A stretch of 64,000 bases of DNA from Amoebidium appalachense (Eukaryota; Protista; Ichthyosporea), in the NCBI GenBank assembly GCA_963693365.1, contig CAVNZM010000001.1, positions 3,302,907-3,366,906 on the forward strand, given 5' to 3'. The notes below the pieces were generated by a model that worked only from the letters and a program-made list of their open reading frames with translations, ran no database searches and had not been told where the DNA came from. The position numbers and the translations under genes were made by a program. How positions within the stretch are numbered: position 1 is the stretch's first letter; the number at the start of each line of letters is the position of its first letter. Shown piece by piece: positions 43,247-64,000 of this stretch.

Positions 43247-43809
43247 GGGGGGGGGGGGCAGTCCTACACATGGAACCTTCAAACGCGGGGGGGGGGGGGG
43301 GGGGGGGGGGGGGGTGCAGTCCTACACAGGGAACCTTCAAACGCTTGGAGGGAGGGCTTGGGGTATACATTGTTTTCAAGCCTACATCCTCTGCTGGCAC
43401 CCAAAGCCGAAAATTAAAGGCTCTATGAAAATATGGTGCCTTGCTATTGATTGCTCCGTCAACTAAAGTTACTCTTGACTGACTTTCCTGGTCAGACTCT
43501 TGCTTGGTTAGGCACAGAAGTAAGTGTGTGTATGTGTGGTGCTGGTGGTGAGAATGTGTGTGGGGTGGTGGTGAGTCTGTGTGTACAGAGGTGGTGGGTG
43601 GTGGTGGTGGATGGCCGGGGGGGGGGTGGGGGGGGGTGAAGGAGCATATGCCTCGGGGTTTGGAATTATAAGGAACTTGAGATGTTACCAGGATAGGCGG
43701 ATAGGTGGAGCAGGAGGGGGGGGGGTGTGAGTGGGTGGGTGGGTGGGGGGGAGGGAATAGATTATTAAAAATGGCCACGGAGAGGGAGGGGGGGGGGGGG
43801 GGGGGGGGG

Positions 43810-43844
<35 letters not shown>

Positions 43845-44200
43845 CAGACCACAGACATTTTGCAGCACTCACTCAAATTTTTCTTTCTTCCATATCTACA
43901 GCAGCCCACACAATGAGAGAGTGTATTTTTTTGCATCTTGCGACTTTATCGTGTGCAGTTTCGCATGGAAAGCCCAGCCCAAAGAGTGTGCTACAGAATT
44001 GCCTATTTATTACAACACCAACCTATACTAATATATAAAAAAAGGAAGATTTTGCTACACTCTTCCTTCCTTGATCAACAAAAGGGAGAATACACAAAAA
44101 TTTTCAAGGATATATGGTTTGAACGACTACAGGACATTCGTCCCGCCATACAACAACTGCAGTGTAATACTTGATCACACCACAACCAGAGTTTCTTAAA

Positions 44201-44371
44201 TCAATGGCCATGGTTAACGGCGAGCTTATTGTCGGCGTGGCCCACAGTGAACAGATAGTTCTGGGTGATGCCGGAGGCCTTAAAGGGAGCCTCGAGAACC
44301 TGCACGCTGTTGACAGGGCCACCGCTCTTCACCGTCACCTTGGCAATGGGCTTGGTGGACGTCCACGTGGC

Positions 44372-44404
<33 letters not shown>

Positions 44405-45247
44405 ATTGGGAAAAGGGAGGTGACAAGGGGCCCACGACCGGAAAGGGAGGATCCTGAAAAAGGGGGGTCAGGGAGAGAGAGCCGGGGGGGGGGGGGGGGG
44501 GGGGGAGGAGAGAGAGAGAGAGAGGGGAAGAGGGGGAGAGAGACAGGGAGAGAAAGTGGGTTGTGTGTGTGTGTATGCGAGTGTGGGGATATTGGAGGGG
44601 GGAAGGGGTGGGGGGAGGAGGGGGGAGGGGGGGGAGGGGGGGCAGCGACCAAGCGATGAGGGCCAGGGGGAGAGAGGGGGGAGGGGGGAGAAGGAGGGAG
44701 GGAGGGAGGGAGGGGGGTATGGTGAGAGAGACAGAGAGAGAGAGTGTGTGTGTGTTTGCGGGCGGGGAGAGGGAAGAGGTGGGGGGGGGGGGGGGGGGGG
44801 GGGGAAGGGTACGCAGGCAAGACAAGGAGAGGGGGAAGGGAAAGAGAGGGGGTCGAAGGGGAGGGAAAAAATTAGATTCTTGCCAGTCGAAACCTCGCAT
44901 ACAACCTTGGGAAAGCCCATACTGTGACATCCATACACAACAGAACTGGAATGGAACATGTGAGCAAGGACGGTGTGTGTGCGTTGGGGTGGAATGGGGA
45001 AGTGGGGGGGAACCGGGGGAGGACGGGGCAGGGGCAGAAGAAGCAAAGAACCCAGTGGGAAGGGGAAGGGAGTGAGTACAATATTGAGATAGAAAGAGGA
45101 AGGAGACGGCGGACGGGGGGGAGGGGGGAGGCAGGTGAAGGACGGAAGCAACACATGTACGGTAGCATGAAGAATAAAGCCAGAAACAGAGCAGGGTTCC
45201 TTCTTTACCTACCTCTTCTTGTGAAAGGTGTTTCGGGGTTTCAGTGT

Positions 45248-45294
<47 letters not shown>

Positions 45295-45907
45295 GCAAGA
45301 GGAAATAAGTGGACAAACTGACTGATATTCAAAAGAGGTTAGGTGTTTCTTAAACCAAGTCGGTGCTTGACAGCAGTGCCTCTGCACCGAGAAGGACCTC
45401 GAGAAAAGGAAAGTTGAAAGACAAACGGAAGTTAAAAGCAAAATCTAGAGGGCAAGATAACCTGGGATCGTGGGACAAATAAAAGAGAATCCAGAAACCA
45501 ATAAGCTCACCCAAACACACGCACATCAAGTTTCAAAGGATGAGACTTGGGCACCGGAGCCTCCCGTGACAAGCAAGAAGAACGGGTGACGACCAACCAA
45601 CGATTGACCTTTCAAGCTTAAAAACTAAGAAGAAGAACGGGTGACGTCGACCAACCATCCATCTATTGACCTTTCGACGTTAGAAACTAAGAACCCTACA
45701 CAAACTAACTCTTCCCAGTTGCGTCACACATTACTTACATTCTTGCCTAGTCTTCTCCCCGAAGAACTTTTCCTGGCCTGCCTCTATCCACTCCTCGACG
45801 ATCTCCTCATTGCCATCCATGTCTTTGTAGTGCACAGTCACCTGAATGGGAAACTGCTCGTCCGTGTTGCGCACGGTCGTGGAGAGAACGTTGGTGGGGG
45901 GGATCAT
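44201..45907 (-). CDS. Hypothetical 112-aa beta-rich protein, 2 exons
   Basis: Exons 45739-45907 and 44201-44370, phase-1 GT-AG intron; MIPPTNVLSTTVRNTDEQFPIQVTVHY...ESTWTSTKPIAKVTVKS...YLFTVGHADNKLAVNHGH; AAAATG start context as in UBA1 and other genes here. Confidence 0.75.
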
Positions 45908-46768
45908 TTTTTTAGACAAAGAAAGAAGAAGCAGGTGGATGCACACGGAAGGTCTGATGTTTGGCAAAAGGAACAAGAAAACTGGGGAATAAGTAAACAG
46001 GGTGTTTCGCTTTTTTTCGTGTGACGCGGCTAACGCCTACGTAATGTTCAAGGGTTTGAAACGTTGGATTCATTACAAGAAAACCCGACATGTTCCATGC
46101 ATTTCGATGGAAAACTGCACATTCTCCCGATTTATGTAACTAATATTCGCTAATAATTTAAAGCCCTGTAATCGAATAAACTTGCACAGTTTTTGATTGG
46201 CAAATCTATGAACCCGTGACCTGATGGCCAATCAAAGCAAGCCAGGGCTCTTGGCGGGCCCCAATGCGGTGGAACATAGGTGATGCATATGCGGACTGTA
46301 ATGCGGAGTTGACTTCCCTTGCTTTGTAAGCGAAGAAAGGCTTGAAGGGCCTGCTTTCCGTATTCGTTTCATGCTGCCGGAATGCAAGAGGGAGAGGAGG
46401 GGCAGGTTGTGAACATGGGGGTTTTTTAAGGGGGGGGGGGGGAGGGAGAGAGAAGGGGTGGGACGGGCCGGGGGATTTGATGGACCACGATGGGGAATAT
46501 GAAGCGCGCATGAGCCAGGCCTGGCCATGACTGCCTGCCTTGCTAAGGTGCTATAGCATCATAGTGACATAACTAAATATAAGCCATAACATGAGCCCGC
46601 ATACTCTTGTCGCATGCATGGTGCAGCATGGCATGTAATTTGAATTCTTCGAAGAAAAACTTTTTTGGAGATCCCTCTCCCTCCCTCGAGCTCTCCCCTC
46701 CCTCCCTCCGATGCTCCCTCCCTTCACTTCCTCCCTCCCTCCCTCCCTCCCTCCTTCCCTCCCTCCCT

Positions 46769-46893
<125 letters not shown>

Positions 46894-46894
46894 G

Positions 46895-46932
<38 letters not shown>

Positions 46933-47706
46933 GCGTCCCCTTGGCTCGAAGCTAAGCTTAAGGCAAGATGTATCATAGCTCCCTTTGGTGACGTCATGTT
47001 GATGATGTACATGTTATGAGTGAGACTTGTGACACAGCCTCTGAGTCTTCATTGAAAGACTACAACAATAAAGACATGAGCTGTGGTGATTGGCTGTCGT
47101 AATCTATGGCTAGGTAAATTATTTCTACTACGATTACATCTTTCTCATACACATGACCGTGGCGCTAGACCCTAATTTATATTGCCTTCCAGCCCATGTG
47201 TAAACTTCAGCCACATGTGGCGCTCGCAACCGTATCTGTTACAGACTATAACGTCCTTTTACCTCAGAATCACCTGCGGAAATGTTTTGCCCCCTTCTAG
47301 CCCTCTAGCCAATAAAAATGTGAGTGCGTTTCTATTTTCCAGTGGCCACTGCTGATTGGCGGAAGAGAATGTTAAAGTATGTTCCTTTTATCCGATGTCA
47401 AATTGTTCTAAAAATCCAATTAGGCAGATGTATTTTATCTTTAAATGATCTATAATAAATAGTATTCTTTAACACCTTCTAATATCATGCTATAATTAGT
47501 GAACAGCAAACATAGTCTCGTCACACTGACAGCACCCAAACAGTTCCGTTTGCCCCCTGTAGCGAAAGTTGCGAAACTCAGTGACAGCGCTTCGCTGAGT
47601 TGAAGACATACTAACACCTTCAATAACAGCCTAAGCGGGAAGTTTGGCTAGTTTCTTTTGGTTGTTCAACAAATATTCCAGCGTTTCTCTCATAGACCGC
47701 GTGAAA

Positions 47707-48963
47707 ATGACACTCAAAATAGAGATTCCCACCGTAGCCTTTGGCACCAAAACAGGGGGGAGTGCGTACGAGAAAGCCCAGACACAAACCAAAACAAACA
47801 CACCCGCTCCTACAAGCGCGCAGAGCACACCCGCAAATGCGTATGCTTCCACTCCCCCCACTCTGCAGCACCACATTACAAAACGTAGGTTGAGCTTTCA
47901 GCGCCTTGGTCTCAACAAGATCACACTCCCGGTAGCCTCAGAGCACGAGGTGATGACTATGAACACATCATACGAGAGTCAGATTGATGTGGGAAACACG
48001 CAGTTGCCAGTTGCTCACAGACGCCGTTCGAGCGTCAGCACAAACCCCCCTGCTGCTGTAATGGCTACAGAAAGCCAAGAATGCATTGATTTCTCCGAAG
48101 AACCAACCACATTTGTTACCATCGACCTTGGGCGTGAGCATGACATGAACACCATGTCGACACGGGAACCGACGACCATGCAAACCGCAGGCACGGCAGC
48201 GGTGAGTGCCAGAAGAAGAAAATTCTCACTTCCTGCTACCTCATTGAAACAGAACACAAACACAACTTTAAACCCACCCCTCGCCACACCCGCATCCCTG
48301 CCCCTTCCCCGCCCGCGTCGCACGACCGCACCCCAACTCTCCCTTTCGAGCACGCAGTTGGATAGTGGCGGAAGCTATCTAGGCACCCCGCCAGACTCGC
48401 CAAAATTCTCCCCTGTGGGTAGCAGGCTGAACAGCTGGTCGCTAGAAAACACGGAGTCAGAGCAAAACTACGCGTTTGGTCGTAGGTTGTCGCAATCAAG
48501 CACGGTGGTCGGAGGGGGGTACGCGTGGCACGTATCCCATTCGGTTGCTGGGCCGGGTCGGGTGCGCGAACCGACTATCGAGGCGTGCTATAAGCGTGTG
48601 ACCTTTGACAAGAACCAAACACCCGAGGAGCAGAGAAAGCAGCTCGAGGAAGGGTTAAACCAAGTAAGAAAGCTGGAGGCCTTGGCTCTAGGTCTGTCTG
48701 CGCTGAGTGTGCCCGAGCTAAAATCGTTGGTGCGATCGCTGAGAGATGCGGTTGACGTTGAGAATGACAACCTGATGGTGGAGTTGGACAGGAGAGGAAG
48801 ATTGGTGGAAGAGAACACGAAGGCGAGGGAGACGCTTGTGAAAAAGGCGGATGGAGTGGCAGAGGGGTTGAAGGGATTGGGTATGGGTGGGGCTGTGGTT
48901 GCAGGGAAGGGGGCGGGTATGAGTGGTGGGAAGGGTTTGCCTGGTGTGAGGAGTGGGATTTGA
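47707..48963 (+). CDS. Hypothetical ~418-aa Ser/Thr-rich disordered protein with C-terminal coiled coil; intronless
   Basis: Long non-repetitive ORF, first ATG at 47707 (AAAATG); several RRxS motifs; coiled coil LSALSVPELKSLVRSLRDAVDVENDNLMVELDRRGRL. Confidence 0.8.
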   Translation: MTLKIEIPTVAFGTKTGGSAYEKAQTQTKTNTPAPTSAQSTPANAYASTPPTLQHHITKRRLSFQRLGLNKITLPVASEHEVMTMNTSYESQIDVGNTQLPVAHRRRSSVSTNPPAAVMATESQECIDFSEEPTTFVTIDLGREHDMNTMSTREPTTMQTAGTAAVSARRRKFSLPATSLKQNTNTTLNPPLATPASLPLPRPRRTTAPQLSLSSTQLDSGGSYLGTPPDSPKFSPVGSRLNSWSLENTESEQNYAFGRRLSQSSTVVGGGYAWHVSHSVAGPGRVREPTIEACYKRVTFDKNQTPEEQRKQLEEGLNQVRKLEALALGLSALSVPELKSLVRSLRDAVDVENDNLMVELDRRGRLVEENTKARETLVKKADGVAEGLKGLGMGGAVVAGKGAGMSGGKGLPGVRSGI

Positions 48964-50308
48964 GCCAGTCTGCATATGACTCTGTCTGTTCAAGTCATAG
49001 TAAATCAACATTTACCTTCGAATCTTTGCTATATCAAGTACTAACAATTACCATTAAGACGGCCCTGTGGCACCATTGTAAAGGCGAGTTGGATTCATGT
49101 GCGGGCTATGATATGTGATAGTATTCCGTATACTTATTATCCAGTTTAAGATCTAAGCTCGAAGTTTAGTATTTAGAAGGTGGCCCACGGTAAGACAATA
49201 AAACGTGCTGCTTGTATACTCTTGCGTGCGTGCTTTTAGACACACACCATTAAAGTTTTGCCGCCCTCAGTTCACAGTATTGGACTCTTTACTGGCGATG
49301 TTGATTCTTTATACTACTAGCGGCACCATGCAACTCATGTGCTCATTAAGTACTGTCTTGTCATTTATACAGGAACTGCCAGTCTATCATATATGATAGA
49401 TATTGAATCGTCGCTTCCTTAACGCCACCTGTGAAGTATGTATTTTTATATGTAAAGCACTTGTTTGATTGAATGCACGTTTTGCAGGGCCGTGAGCATA
49501 GGTGTGGGTATGTTTGAAAGTCTGTGTGCGTGTGCCATGCGCCTTCCGGGGGGGAGGGGGGGGGGGGGGAGGGGGCGTTGGCAAGATTTTAGTGGGAAAT
49601 TCTAAAGGCCTACTTGTTTGTTTGGGTGTGTTAGCTTGTTGTGGGCTTTTTCGTAGGTCAAGGGACCTTCACACTTGTCAATGAAGGATAACATAGAATT
49701 TTGGGGTCCGTGTGATGACCAGGAGATATGGACTTGTGTTGGTGAAACATCGTTACTACGTGTTGGCATTTTAGTTTGCACCAACTCAGGCCCCGGCAAT
49801 CGATATCAATGTAACTCAAAAAGGGCAGTGTATATATCCTCTATCATGTAGTTACTCAAGCCCGATCCTATATGCCATGTGAACGCTAGCCGTGCTATGC
49901 TCATTATAATATAGGGGGCCTGGTCTCGTTAATATTCCATGCCGTTATGTGCCTTCCTTATTCGCCAATCATCAAATTCTTTAATTTTTACAGTTGCCTT
50001 TATTACATCTTTTACGAGCCGTTTGTTATTACGGGTCATTGCAAACTCATTGGTCGCTGTTTGCCATATATTAGTGCCCTGAGTGATCTATGACAAATTT
50101 AGCCTAGTGAGGGTAAGGATAAGGATCATGTTGGTGTTTTCGGGGTAGGCACACATATGGTGTCACAATATGCGCGCGCGCACGCGCTGTTTGGATGGGG
50201 TGAATGGGGTAGACGGCGAGGGTAGAGGCCTACTGGCCGATGATACTAACATAGATGGGTGAGCTGAGTTTTTTTTTTTTTTTTTTTTTTTTTTGTCCCC
50301 CCGGCCCA

Positions 50309-50343
<35 letters not shown>

Positions 50344-51386
50344 GGGGGGGGGGAGGGCGTTATGTACAACACGTTTGATCTGGGTCGGGGGATGAGAGCT
50401 TGATGCCTGATCGTTGTCCCGAGGGGAAGGGGGGGGGGGGGGGGGGGGGGGGGGGGATGGTATCCGGATCGGTATGTACCGGCTGCATGCAGCTGCGAAT
50501 GCATCGTGCTGACGGGAAAGGGGGATTCATCGAAGCGAGAAGGGCCCAGTGGCCAGGGGGGGGGGGGGGGGGGTTTCAATAAGTAGTGGATTTCTACGAA
50601 TGCTGGTTTGGATATGAGGAGGGGGGAGTCTTGATAAGTAGTACATTCTCCGGCACGAATATTTGGTTTGGATATGCAGGATATATCATTCGGCCAGCTT
50701 TGCAGCCACCCTCATATTATGTCTGTACATTACGAGCTGTACATATATGTTTTCTATGGTAATTCATATCTCCATGTATCATGCATATGTCATTGACCCA
50801 TCGAGATATCTAAGGTTATGCGACCAAAATGCAGTAACAATTTCCAGTCAGAATCGCTCTATGTTCCTACCATTGGGCAAGGTGCAAAAAAAAACGTTCT
50901 AGCCAATTATAATACAATAATAAACGAATCAAATGTCACTCAGATAGCAAGCAGAAGGTTGCACCCTCCCCCTTAACCACCGGCGAACAACACTACTGAT
51001 ATTGCCAACAACAAGAATAAAAGTTAATGCTAACTATTTGGTTTTTACTGACCTTCAACAACTGAACAAATTGTAACCAATATCGAAACCATTTAAGTCA
51101 TACGGTAGAAAAACGAAAAGTAAGAGCTACGAAATCTAATTGCAACACCCTGACTCGAGCCCTCACGTCAGCTAATAAATCCCCCCCCCCCCCCCCCCCC
51201 CCCTTCCCCCTCTCCCCCTCTATCTCCTCCCCCAATCCCAAACCCTACTATTACCAACAAAAGCAACAGCCCCTCCTCTCCCTCCCCCTGTGCTGATGCT
51301 CCTAACCTTTTCTCAACTAACCCACCCTATCCATCTCCCGTTATTCGGCTCCCTATCACACCAGCCAGCCGCAGACAAACCGATGT

Positions 51387-63787
<12,401 letters not shown>

Positions 63788-64000
63788 CTGTTGGAAAATA
63801 CAGATGTCAAAAAACACACAAAACAACCCCCCCCCCCCCCCCCCCCCCTCTCTTGCCCTCTTTCTCCCCCCCCCCCCCCCCCCTCCCCCCTCCCCCCCCC
63901 CCCCCCCCCCCCACAAACCAAAAAAAAAGAAAAAGAAAAGAAAAGAAAAAAAAAACCACATTCCAACCACACACGCACACAACGTAGAAAAAAAGATCGG

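Noticed and set aside
49061-49100. tRNA-like 5' half GGCCCTGTGGCACCATTGTAAAGGCG
   Set aside because: No T-arm/B-box or acceptor 3' strand follows.

Overview
Eukaryotic genomic DNA from an intron-rich organism (lineage not determinable here; a unicellular opisthokont is a guess). Non-coding DNA is saturated with poly-C/poly-G runs and (CA/TG)n, which generate almost all ORFs in the supplied track. Spliced genes traced by hand: a 28-exon UBA1 (minus, about 1010 aa), a 5'-incomplete 14-exon coiled-coil gene (minus), a 4-exon mitochondrially targeted hydrophilic protein (plus) and a 2-exon 112-aa protein (minus). Intronless genes: a PL6 polysaccharide lyase with a Thr-rich stalk, a secreted GGA(I/L/V)-FxxN beta-helix protein, a PhnB/VOC protein and a disordered protein with a C-terminal coiled coil. 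Mobile DNA: a degenerate tyrosine-recombinase element preceded by ~340-bp inverted repeats, and a Harbinger/Tourist-type MITE. Main leads: (1) a dispersed and tandem ~240-250-nt repeat family whose minus strand folds with compensatory changes and a canonical kink-turn, always embedded in G/C runs; (2) a possible invertible segment next to the recombinase; (3) strand-specific (CA)n-AG acceptors and C-runs behind donors.
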